NCBI GenBank assembly: GCA_907165135.1
Contig: OU015568.1
Span: 10,230,001 to 10,294,000, forward strand
Origin: Oikopleura dioica
Lineage: Eukaryota; Animalia; Chordata
Direction: 5' to 3'
Length of the DNA: 64,000 nt
Shown: positions 1 through 11,499 of the stretch, in pieces
How the letters are laid out: each line of letters begins with the position of its first letter
How positions within the stretch are numbered: position 1 is the first letter of the stretch
Program-made: the position numbers and the translations under genes
Notes under the pieces: generated by a model
Told to the model about the DNA's origin: nothing
Database searches by the model: none
The model's input: the letters and a program-made list of their open reading frames with translations, nothing else

Positions 1-350
1 TCCATTGGCCGCCATTTCGAAGGATGTCTTAGAGAGGTGACTTTCTTAATTGTTATGCCTTGAGTTAAATATCGGGTAGCACGCGAATTCCTCTCCAGAT
101 CCGATCGGAGACCTTCTGCCAGCTGACCAAACTCCAAGGAAAGCTCGAGCTCGCCATTGCCAACGCCAACGTATCCGACGACGAAGAAGAGCTCGACGGG
201 CCCTTGCTCACCGAAAACGACCTGACAGACTTCGACGACGCGAGCCACTCCGAGTCCGACTGGGAGCCTGAATTCAAACCAGATGGCGGTGCTTCGGAGA
301 GTGGTGCCGAAAGCGAAATCGAAAGTAAAAGACGAAAGATGGAAGTGTAA
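1..350 (+). CDS. 3' end of a probable UTP5/WDR43-like (Utp12-domain) rRNA-processing protein; 5' partial, intron 37-79
   Basis: Spliced translation ...SKDVLESTRIPLQIRSETFCQLTKLQGKLELAIANANVSDDEEELD...KRRKMEV*. The RSETFCQLTKLQGKL segment resembles WDR43 SRVKTFQKLSHLHGKL (recalled), followed by an acidic tail. GT-AG intron of 43 nt. Confidence 0.5.
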
Positions 351-485
351 AAAGAAGATTTGATCGAAATTGTGAAGCTAGCCTTAATTATTATTCTCGC
401 TGAACTGAACGACTGTAACTGACTATCTGCAATCTGAACAGCTGAGAGTATCTTGAAACCAGTGATTTATCGGACCATTTTAGGC

Positions 486-939
486 ATGGACAGAAATAAC
501 GATGAAAACGACAGCCAAGACGAGGAACTGTGGGATGAGCCCCACGCTGATATTGTCATGGACGCGATCGTAAAACGACAAGTCATTTTTAAAATAACGT
601 GCATGGTAATCACGATTCATATTGAACGACCTCTATAATTTATCATTCTAGGAACGACCCTTCTTTAGCATGATGGTCACCTACTGCCATACGTTCAACA
701 TCAGCCTAGATACAGTCGTTTTTATTTATCTAAAAGATGAAAACTGGATTCCAATCATGGTAAAACCAATTATTATCCGCACATTTTTGATAGCAAACTT
801 TTAGAGAGACGATTCGCCCTCTAATTTCGGAATGGTCGTGAATAGAAGCTATCAAGTCATCGTTGGAACAATTCTGAGCATTCCCGACCCCTGGCCAGAA
901 ATTGAAGAAGTCAAAAGCAACTACACTGCCGGTTGCTGA
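486..939 (+). CDS. Divergent SUMO-like ubiquitin-fold protein (120 aa; exons 486-605, 652-759, 805-939)
   Basis: Spliced ORF ...RQVIFKITCM|ERPFFSMMVTYCHTFNISLDTVVFIYLKDENWIPIM|RDDSPSNFGM...YTAGC* aligns to the adjacent SUMO. Both GT-AG phase-0 introns fall at the same aligned positions as in SUMO. A TTTTAG acceptor lies just before the ATG. Confidence 0.8.
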
Positions 940-1100
940 AACCTTGAGAGAAAACCAAAAGCCCCTCATTTATCAAACTGCCTTCATTTATCACAGTTAC
1001 AATTTCAATCGACTGACAGTTGATTATTATTTTTGAAACAACAGTTATTTATTTAACTCTTTTAACTTATCTTTTCTGAATTTAGAAACGTTTTGTTGCC

Positions 1101-1448
1101 ATGGCGGACGAGGAACAGAAGGTCGAACACATCAACTTGAAAGTCGCTGGTCAGGATGGCTCTGTCGTCCAATTCAAAATCAAAAAGGTGACTACCGAAA
1201 TGAGGGTTATTTTAATGTTTTTCCAGCACACTCCTCTGCGAAAATTGATGCAGGCATACTGCGATCGCCAGGGTCTCCAGCTCAACCTTGTCAGATTCCG
1301 TTTTGACGGGAACCCGGTCAAGGTAAGCGCTTTCTCCTTGTTTACAAACCTAAGACACTTTTTCTAGGAGACGGATACGCCCGAAAACCTCGAAATGGAA
1401 GATGAGGACACAATCGACGTGTTCCAAAGTCAAACTGGTGGCTTCTGA
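1101..1448 (+). CDS. SUMO: Small ubiquitin-related modifier (exons 1101-1187, 1227-1322, 1368-1448)
   Basis: [20 protein letters not shown]|[16 protein letters not shown]...RFDGNPVK|[26 protein letters not shown]; di-Gly motif present; canonical introns. Confidence 0.97.
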
Positions 1449-1796
1449 GTCAGCAATCCAATCGATGAATACTGCCCATCCTTATATAAAGAATCTAGCA
1501 CTCCCCTTACCATTTACCCTTTATCGTCCCTGCATGGCCCGGCGCTCTACCCAGCTGCCGGGCCTGTCTTCTTACACTTTTAGAATAAATTTTCATTCAA
1601 TAAAAACTGATCTTGTCCAGTCGCTACAAGTAATTAGAACCTCTTTTAATTGAGCAATAGAAATACATCCCCAAAACATAGCATGTTAATAATCTACCTG
1701 TCAAAATTTTCTCCTGTCCAAAATTCACCCTCTGATTGAAAAATAAAACATCAAAAAATCTCAAGCTTGATTTCAAACTTATTTCTTTTGTCAAGA

Positions 1797-3882
1797 ATGA
1801 AGTACATTCTGGTCCATGGCGGGGTCATATCTGGCGTAGGAAAGGGAATCATTTCTTCTTCCATCGGCACATTGATGAAGTCAATCGGTCTGCGAGTAAC
1901 GGCCATAAAGATCGACCCTTATATTAACATTGATGCCGGTACTTTCAACCCTTATGAGCATGGAGAGGTAGATCCACCATCTTGTTCCTTGTTTTGACCT
2001 TTTTAATAGACCTACGTCCTAAATGACGGTGGAGAATGCGATCTCGACCTTGGAAACTACGAGAGATTCATCGGCTTGAGCCTTACAAAAGACAACAACA
2101 TAACAACAGGCAAAATGTACTCAGAAGTAATTCAAAAGGAGCGAAACGGAGACTATCTCGGGAAGACAGTTCAAATTATTCCTCATGTGACCGATCACAT
2201 AATGAACACAGTCGAGCGTGTGGCAAAGCTGCCTACAGATGGTACCAATCTTGAACCAGAAGTGTGTATTATCGAGCTTGGAGGAACTATCGGCGATATT
2301 GAATCAATGCCTTTTGTTGAGGCGTTCCGTCAGTTTGAATTTAAAATTGGAAAGGAAAATTTCATGAATTTGCATGTTTCGCTTGTTCCTACTCCTGGAT
2401 CAGGTAGAATTTCAATCAGCGGCGAATGTACTTTGTAATTGCCGTAATAATGTCTCTTTGATGATTAATTTTTCCTTCATTAGGAGAGCAGAAAACAAAG
2501 CCGATTCAAAATTCGGTTCGCACGCTGCGTGGTCAAGGATTGTCCCCCGACATGATTGTATGCCGCTGCAAATTAGCGCTGGAAGACTCAACAAAGCGTA
2601 AAATTTCACAGTTTTGCAGCGTCTCCGTCGACCAGGTCATTTCCGTCCACGATGTCGGGTGAGTTAACTACCCTCAATTTCCTGCTAATTATCGCTGTAA
2701 TTTTGTAGATCAATCTACCGCGTGCCACTGATCCTACATGAGCAGAAAGTTACCAAGTTTATCCGCGAGCGATTACAGTTGCCGAAATATGTGGGATCAA
2801 AAAACACTTTGAAAAAGTGGCGAGCATTAGCGATCAAGTCCGAAAAATCCTTCAAAGAAGTGACCATTGCTTTTGTTGGAAAATACATCCAACTTGAGGA
2901 TGCGTATGTTTCAGTCATCAAAGGTTTTTTCATGATAATAATTTGATAATTCTGAAACAATCGATTCTAGCCTTGAAACACTCTGCCCTTGCGATCAACA
3001 GAAAGCTCGTTATAAAATTCATCGACTCCGAAGACTTACAGAATGAGGCCAAACTCGGTCACCCCGCTCGTTATTACGAAGCTTTTCAAAAACTCTGCTC
3101 CGCAGATGGGATTCTCGTCCCTGGAGGCTTCGGGACCCGAGGCACAGAGGGAAAGATCACAGCCATCAACTGGGCACGAGAGCATAAGATTCCCTTCCTT
3201 GGAATCTGCCTTGGCATGCAACTGGCTGTAGTTGAGTTCGCTAGAAATGTTATGGGACTCGAAGGGGCGAATTCAGCTGAGTTTGATCCACAGACGAAAC
3301 ATCCAGTCATTATTTCGATGCCTGAACATCATACAGTAAGATGCAGTTTAATGAGATTAGAAGCTAAATCATTTGATTCTAGGGCGTTATGGGAGGAACA
3401 ATGAGATGTGGTCAACGAACGACCATCTTCAAAGATAAAGATTGTGTAATGTTCAAAATGTATGGAAAGCAGGAAAAGATTTCCGAGCGTCATCGTCACC
3501 GGTAAGTATGATTGGAGAATGACAAGTTTTGAATGGTTGTCTTAGATACGAAGTGAATCCAGATTTTGTCCAAGAAATTGCAGCACAAGGACTCAAATTC
3601 GTCGGCGAAGATGTCGACGGCGAGCGCATGGAAATCATCGAGCTCAAGGATCACCCGTTCTTCGTCGGGCTCCAAGCGCATCCCGAATTCGAAAGCAGAC
3701 CGCTCAAACCAAGTCCGCCTTATTTGGGCCTTCTGCTCGCCAGCATCAAGAAATTGGAAAACTACTTGACCAACGGATGCAATTTGAACACCGACGTGAT
3801 TGGAGATGACTCGGACGAAGAGTATTTGCGAGAAGAGGACTTTAGCAAGCTGATGTTAGACGACGTCAGGAAAAGGGACTGA
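1797..3882 (+). CDS. CTPS: CTP synthase (multi-exon)
   Basis: [57 protein letters not shown] (catalytic Cys), QAHPEF (His-Glu of the GATase triad). Confidence 0.97.
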
Positions 3883-4680
3883 AAAGCAATTTCTCACGGG
3901 AGTTTTTAGGATCGGCAGTCATCAGCGAGCAGACGCGCTTCTGCTGTCTCAGCGTCGCCAGCTTCGTCAGAGACCGAGTGAAAATGAAATGTTTGTAAAT
4001 AGAAAATTATCCGAATTCCGGAACTGGTGAAAACACGCTCTCTTGGTGACAATCAAATCGTACTAATTCAATCCCTTGAAAAAGACATGCAAAAATGAAA
4101 CGCGAAGTTGAAGAGAAACAGATCAAGTCTGAAAAGTGATTCCGCTGCTTTATTTGTCATTTTCCCCAAGTTCATCTAGCTAGCTTATTTTAATAATTCA
4201 AAGTCAAACCCAAACAGTCAAATGTTGACTACAAAGAATATATAATTAAATATTATATAGAGAGGTCGAACACAGAAACACACTCAACAATAGGATTTTC
4301 CAATTACTGCCCGAGCTCGTTTATTGAATGAAAACAAACAAAATCATAATCAAATCTCAAACACAATAAATTTCAAGCACGAACACACCAAAATCTTCAT
4401 TTTAAATCGATTAAAATGAAAGAAGCTTTGATATTTTATCGCAGGAAGAAGATGCAGGGCCGCTAATTTTTACGCAGAAATGGCAATCGCACTTTTGATT
4501 GCATTAATCGCCTCTGTTTACGAGAGGAGGAACCGGTCTGTCGCTTTGAAACTGTACGCGTTAACCAGGGTCATTAGGTAGCCCAAGCTGAACACACATG
4601 CGCGCCCCCTACTCGCCAATTTGCCTTCAAGTACCCGTGGAATTCTTGCTCCTCCAACAGATTATCGAACTCTCGAGAAA

Positions 4681-5965
4681 ATGTTATTGATGATTTTATT
4701 TGCTTCAGGTAGATAAAAGAGAAAGAGGTCTGAATTAAACAAACAATTTCTAGCTGTCATGGGATGCAAAGACTTGATGGCAGATTGCGAACTGCATTTG
4801 GACAAATGTGGCAACTGGTACATCCAGACTTACCAGTGTCCGCTCTCTTGTAGAACATGCGAGGTGCAAGAAGATCCACTGTCACCAGATTGGGTTGTTG
4901 TTGCTCCAGAAATTCCAGAGACAACAACAACTAAAGCCGCTCAAACGACTGCTTCTTCTACAACGACGACCACAACAACTCAATCGCACATAAGTTGCGC
5001 TGACAATCCCTGTGATTCCCAAGGAGGTAAAAAATAGTTAATCTAAATTTTCAAAAATTTTATTAGTAAAATTACGAAGTACAGTTCTCTTGAAATTTTA
5101 TTCCCTGACATTATATCTAACTCTTTCGAGCCGCCCCTCAAGCGTTGGTGGTGTAATGGTCAGCATTGATGCCTTCCAAGCATTAGATCCGGGTTCGATT
5201 CCCGGCCATCGCAAACTTTTTTCACTTTCTCTTTCGCGCAACTCGTAAAATGTTTCTTTCAGTGTCCACCTGTCGCGATTTGGATGAAGCACCATTTTAT
5301 CAATGTGAATGCTTTGCCAATTATGAAGGTTATCGTTGTGAAATTGAAAACTGTCGATGTGGAAACGGAGGAATCTGCAGTTACTGCTCCACTGAGAGAT
5401 GCTTCTGCAGCTGTCCTCCGGGATGGACTGGCGCTTACTGCGACGGTAAGTTTCAGCAGAAATGATTTTAGTTCAGTGCCCCAGGTCCGCCAGCTGACCT
5501 TATTGGGGCGTCAAAAAATTAGACCCAGTGGAAACAACTAATGTTGAAAATGGTCCTAACATGCACGCGCCCACCACCGTGGGTGTGACAAGAGCCTATC
5601 ACAAATTCATCCCTTTCTCATGAGAGCGAAGTTAGCTGAGCTTTAAATGCTTTATGGCTTCTCAATATCATTCTTATTTTTTAGTTCGAGTCCAAGAAGA
5701 GACGACGACTAAACTGCCAACAACAACGACTACTCTTACTCCCTATCGAACAAGTCTACGTGCTCCATATCCAGACTACGACACAGCGGCCGATATAGAC
5801 GATTCTGATGATTCTGGATTGATGACTTACATTTACGAATACGTAACATACGACTCGGCAGAGAAAGACGCCGAAGAAAAGCCAGTGGAAGAGAAGAAGA
5901 AAGAGGCTAGAAATCCACTTTCTTTCTATTTCTGGTACAAAATTCTTTCAAAACTGCAAGGATAA
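4681..5965 (+). CDS. Secreted ShKT-domain, Thr-rich and EGF-repeat protein
   Basis: Signal peptide MLLMILFASAVMG; ShKT pattern CKDLMADCELHLDKCGNWYIQTYQCPLSCRTC; EGF motifs CECFANYEGYRC and CSCPPGWTGAYC. 3' exon boundaries approximate. Confidence 0.7.
5142..5213 (+). tRNA. tRNA-Gly (anticodon TCC), inside intron 5027-5262 of the ShKT-EGF gene
   Basis: GCGTTGG...GATGC-CT-TCC-AA-GCATT...GGTTCGATTCCCGG-CCATCGCA cloverleaf with A/B boxes, followed by a T-run terminator. One T:T mismatch in the acceptor stem. Confidence 0.9.
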
Positions 5966-6047
5966 GACTTGAATACAATAAACTGTAGTGAGTTGATTCA
6001 GTGTTTTTTTCTTTTGAAGAACTATACAAATAGGAGAATGGATGAAG

Positions 6048-9000
6048 TTATGGAAGAGTCGGAGTTTTTATTCTAAAGAATTTTAGCAAAAATTTTCCGG
6101 TAAAACCTAACCTCGAGTAGTGCTCTTCATGAAGAATCTCGATCGACTTGAAATTAAAGATGAATCGGTAGAAAATTCCGAAGCTTCCCATAAGAACGAT
6201 AATGCCGAATAATATCAGAAGTAATCTATCGATAACAAGCGCTACAAAAGCCCAATCATCGAGTTGCGTGCTCGTCTCGTCTTCTTCCTTCTCATGATCC
6301 GCTATCATTCGGATTATTCTATTGCTGTAGATGACTCTGTCCATCGAAATTCCAGCCATGATTTTTGATTGCCGACTTATGCGTCGTTGGCGGCCTGATG
6401 TGATTGATGTTGTTGATCCTCTTTTGTTGGGTTGTTGTTTATTTCAAGACTTCGAAATAAGCAAATTCAACCCCTCCTGTGAGCATCTCTTCGAGGCATC
6501 ATCTCGGAAGCCTCTGCCACTCTTCTAGCGACGTCTTCAATAATGCTCATTGCTTCATCATCTGTATCACTGTCCCTCATCGCCCCTGAGCCTGAGATCT
6601 CCCGAATCTCTTTTGCTGTCAGAATCTTTTTCTCGAAAACACTCGGTCTTGGAGCTCTGTTTGGCATGTCTTTAGGTCCACTTGCATGCTGAGGTGCATG
6701 TGTGAGTAAGTCAATCTGGTCCTTGTCGATTGAAAATCTGTATCCGATCGGGAAAGTTGGTTTTTCTTTCTTTGGTCGTTCGATGAGCAGATATCTTGGG
6801 AGCACATTGAGGAAGATGTGACGGATCCAGCCATGAAACTGATGGGTTGCTGGTGAGCGATGATGGATATTGCAGACGATTACAGAAGTAACGATACTCA
6901 GTCCAACCAGGATCATTGAGAACAAAAGGTACTTAGTTAGGGGACTTATTTCCCGAAAAATAATGCATATTTTTACAAGTGCTATTATATAGAACCCTTT
7001 CCTTTGAAATGATAGGAACCTCATAAGAAGATCTTGGCGTGATATAGGAGACGAGAGTCTAAATACCCTGTTGACATGGCGGACAGGTGCTGAAACATGA
7101 TGATCTTACCAGAAAGTAAGTGAGAGTCAACAGGGTTGAGATTGACAGTGTCACTTTTTCGCCACCTACTGAGGGAGACTACATATCGGATTTTTTTTCT
7201 TTCATTTCATGCAGAACTTTAACTAGAAAAAATCCCATTCATGAAAGACAAAAACAACCAGTCCGGTGACACAAATTGTTGGGACGATTATATACAGCGT
7301 ATAATAAAGCGGCAAACGACTGAGAAAAACAGTGAAGCACACCTGATTTGCGGGTTAAAAATAAATCTATACAAAATCTATTTTCAGGAAGCTCTGAACC
7401 CGAAATAAGTTATATTTTTAGTTCCGTGTTGGGTCCACTCTTCGAGGGTCTGTTCCCATACTTTCACTCCACTCACTTCCCATTCTATATGAGACTGGAT
7501 CTTTGCCATGTTCTCTTGAGCATATTCTTCGAAGTGGATATCCAGCTCTTCCTCTTCGTATACCCACGATTTAAACATGAGAGTACACGCCTTATTGAAC
7601 AAGATAACGAAAACACGCTTGTTGGGAACTTCTACCTGGATATCATATGGAAACTGCTTGACCCTGAGATCGCAGTGCGCCTTGTATATCGACAACGGAT
7701 TCCACGTTACTTTCCCTGACCAATCAACCCTAGCCTTCGTCTCTGCTAGAGACGGCATGAACATTCCATCGATATTATTGTACAGGACTATCTCAGGATT
7801 CCACAATTCTTCGGACGAGACATGAATATACTCGCTTCCGCCGTATTCATCCTTGTTCCATACTAGACGTTCCTCCATCCAAGTTTGTCTGATGTCCATT
7901 CGAAGCTCGATCGTTGAGTCCGTTTGGGAAAGAGCTAATACTTGCTCTAATACAGGAGAGACTGTCCATGGATACTATTTTAATTATACAATCTGCTGAA
8001 GAGTTTAGATGAGCAAATGTATAGATTTCATAAAATAAAGAAAAGCCGGTACTTTGAATACGAAGCAGAGGCCTCTTATTGCTGGGAATTTCCAATTGAG
8101 TACAAAAAACACGAGTTTCATGGACCCGGATATTCATGATTATCTTCAGCTCAAGATAAATTCACAATTATCATGACATTCTTCGCTGAAATGGAACGGA
8201 ACGAATTTACGAAAGCATCCGTTTTCTTTAATTTTGATCTTCTTTCCTGGTTGTTCTGTTGGCTTGAAGATCTTGTTGTACTCTCTCAGAAGATGACAAA
8301 CACTCTGAGCCTTTCTTTTAATCCGAGTAAAAGTCAGTTTCCGATTTATGAGTTTGTTGTCGCTTCCTGTTAGTAAATCTTCGCGAAGTAATTTTTGGCA
8401 AGCGGTGTATTTCAACCCTTCGCATTTGTCCTTTAGTTCGTCGAAAATATAATCCCCGAAAATATCGTCTGATCCAGGGCTGGTAAATTAGCGCACTATT
8501 TTCTCTCGAAGAAAAAAAAATTAGCGCACTAATATTTTTTTAGAGACATTTTCGCGTCTTTCGCGCCTTTAGTGCACTAAAATGACACTAATTTTTCCTC
8601 TTGGGGAAATTAGTGACTTTTCGAGAGCCGATCAGCACTAAAGACGCGAAAAAAGAGGCTCTTTTTCATCATCCAATAGGCTCTTCCCGGATGATAGTTT
8701 CATGGAAGACGATTTTGATCAGGGAAGAATTTCTTCAAACTGAAACTGCTAGTATATAAAAATCAATGCATCGTAAATATGACACAATTTAATAAAAAAA
8801 AATTACTTATTTAGTAACAAATATGTTGAAAAGAATAAAAGTCAACTTTTGTTGGAAATTCTTTTTGTCGAGTTAAATGATGAGGTAAGATAAGCTTTGC
8901 TAGGGACAGGGTTTGAAATCTGAAAATTTTGCGTGAGCACGAGCACGCGTGAGCACGGGGATGCTAAAATTTTCGTGAGTATGAGCACGCGTGAGCATGC

Positions 9001-10207
9001 TCATTGAGCTCACTCACGTGCTCATGAACAGCTCATGCTAACGCTCCTCTCCCTAATTTTTTTATCGCAGGGCCATCCGCAGCTGGATCTTCCTGCTTTT
9101 CATCATTTTTTGCCTTTCTTCTTCTTGTCGTTGTCCTTCTCATCGCTGTCTTCAAGGAAGCCAGAGCAGCGTTGACTGATACGTGGTCTAAGAGCTCTTC
9201 TCAGTATCATTATATGATTCTTTATTCACAGAATCATATTTATTTGATAATTTAGAAGGGAGGTCTCCTCCGAAATTCACGCTTACTTGATAACTGCTAA
9301 TGAAGAACTCCTCCCAAAGTTTTTATTTAGTTTTCTAGGATAAAGGCTATCATATAACGTTGTAATTTTTTATAATAAATTGTATTGGGAGGAAATCTGC
9401 TTTCTTGATTACAAGGTAAGCATGAACTTGGGAGAAGATCTCCCTTTTGATTTTTTAAATATATATCATTTTGTTAATAAAGAATTATATCAACAATTCG
9501 CACAAGGCTGCTCCAGCTGCAGACTTTTGAGGACACCGAAATTAGTCGAACAACGACAAGAAGAAGATTGACAAGAAAGGGAAAAAGCAGGAAGAACAAG
9601 CTGCGGATGGCCCTTCAATAAAAAAAATTAGGGAGACGACCTCCCTAAGAAAGCTTATCTAAGGCTAAAAGTCTAACCTTATCATTCAAATCCAGCACAA
9701 AAAGAGTTGCAAACAAAAATTGAATTGTTTTTTTCCCTATATAATATATTCCCTATATTTGTTACTTTATATTCATAAAGAAAATTAACAAATGAATTGA
9801 CAAAGTCTTTTTTGACCTTATATTAAAATTCACGCCCTCAATTACCCAATACACATTATTGAAACCAAACTTTTTGAAATTCTAATATTAGCGAAGTTTG
9901 AAATTCTCAAACTTACGTATTCTTTAGAATTAAAGAGCCCGCGCTCATTGGCGGGCCAATCAGCAGCCTTTATTTTCGACACTTTTCGAGACTCACGCGA
10001 AAGAGACGCGAAAGTCACTAAAGTCTCGACAAAATAAATTCGCGCACTAATTTTAGTGCACTAAAAATTTTCGACAGATTTTAGGACGCGAATTTACCAG
10101 CCCTGGTCTGATCCATAATCTGGCAAATAAGAGCTTCCATAATTGAGCATGGGTTCGTAATATTTCTGTGAAACAACCAAGCCGAAAACATAAAGAAAGC
10201 TTCTCAT
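6048..10207 (-). CDS. Nicotinic acetylcholine receptor subunit, non-alpha (Cys-loop channel); first coding exon interrupted by a hAT element
   Basis: Signal peptide MRSFLYVFGLVVSQ at 10207; KLLREDLL..YNKIFKP; Cys loop CDLRVKQFPYDIQ|AC; M1 LPLYYTLYIIVP; M2 GEKVTLSISTLL; HHRSP; M4 WAFVALVIDRLLL. No vicinal CC in loop C. Confidence 0.88.
7179..7240 (-). other. Non-canonical GA-AG intron (62 nt) in the nAChR M1-M2 linker
   Basis: VFVFH|gaatggg...atgtag|SPSVGGEK is required to keep the frame. The interval is not a multiple of 3 and contains an in-frame TAG; no GT donor gives this join. Confidence 0.75.
8475..10105. mobile_element. Non-autonomous hAT-type DNA transposon (1631 bp)
   Basis: 15-bp TIR CAGGGCTGGTAAATT at both ends; exact 8-bp TSD GTCTGATC (8467-8474 and 10106-10113); subterminal TAGTGCACTA/GCGCACTAA repeats; no transposase ORF. 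Confidence 0.93.
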
Positions 10208-11499
10208 GATTTCTCTTGGGCGTTTTTGCTCTTGAAGTGATAGGGAAAAAAGGGATGAACAATCGCCGCTCACACAGGGAACGAGATTATTTTTGATTTA
10301 TCCACAATTGTCATCAGAGAGGAAAGCTTATCAGCTCTTTAGAGCGTACTTAAACCATTTCATTTTGTTTATAGCTTGTTGTTCTTTGATTTTATGGGAT
10401 AAGCCGATAAGTAAGTTCGAACATCGAAAAAGCAGAGGGATTTGCAGTTGTAAAATTCAAACAATTTAATCGAGTGTAAATGAGAATGCATCTTTTTAGG
10501 TTCTCATAAAAGGCGATAAGACTTTCAGCGCTACTTCAGCTATGATATGAAAACTGCAGATTCAGCGGAATTTTTTATTCCTAAATTTTCTTTAAAGCTT
10601 TTAGTTATATTTAATTCTTCGGCTGTATTTAAACTTGATAAACTTTTTAAAGAACTCTGGAGCGATAATTTATGGGCGAAAAATGAAAGTCGGAAAATTG
10701 TTGAAAAGGTCAAGGATCTTGAAGGAACCGTCCGTGTTTCACGGCGCACGGTGTTTATCTTCTTCGCTGCTGCTCCGGACGTCGATATCTTTCTGAGCGG
10801 AAAAAGGGGATGCCGCCGGTTGCAGTTCCTGATCCGAATTGGCGATAAGTCGCGCGATAAAGGAACCTAAAGGAAGGAAGGATGCGACAGAGATAGGGAT
10901 TGGCACGGACGAGCACTTGGCGCCTTTTGTAAATGAGGCCCCGCGGGGACCGGAGCTCCTTCTTATCAGTTTCCGCAGCTCTCGTCCTGCCGAATTCAAC
11001 ACTTGCTTCAATTAACTCTTCTTCGTGTGATTCCAAATACCATAAATGTACGGAAAAACTGAAAAAGCAATGTTTAAATTAATTGAATGTGAGTATTTTT
11101 ATTAGCTTGTACATAGTTAGGGACCAATATGGAGTATTATTTAGGCAGTCCGGTAAATATGTTTCAGTGATTTACCAAGTTTATGATCTCCTCAGTCTTG
11201 TCATCTGCTAGCACATGTACAGGAAAATCGAATGTAGCGAAGAATCGCTTGAGACACATGTCTAGAGCTCGATCGCCGATTCGGACAATAAGACCTATAG
11301 GTTGATATCAACTTGAACACCCTTTTCAAAAACCTCAGCGGTGCAGGTTGTTCGCGATCCCGGATCAACTCAATTCAAAGAATCCACAGCTCTAGAAAGA
11401 GCTCTTGAAAGATGATGGCGTTGAAAAACTTCGATGATATCTGGTTTCCTCTATCCGGGGCCTCATGTCCGTAATTGTACCGATAAGCTTCCAGGATGT

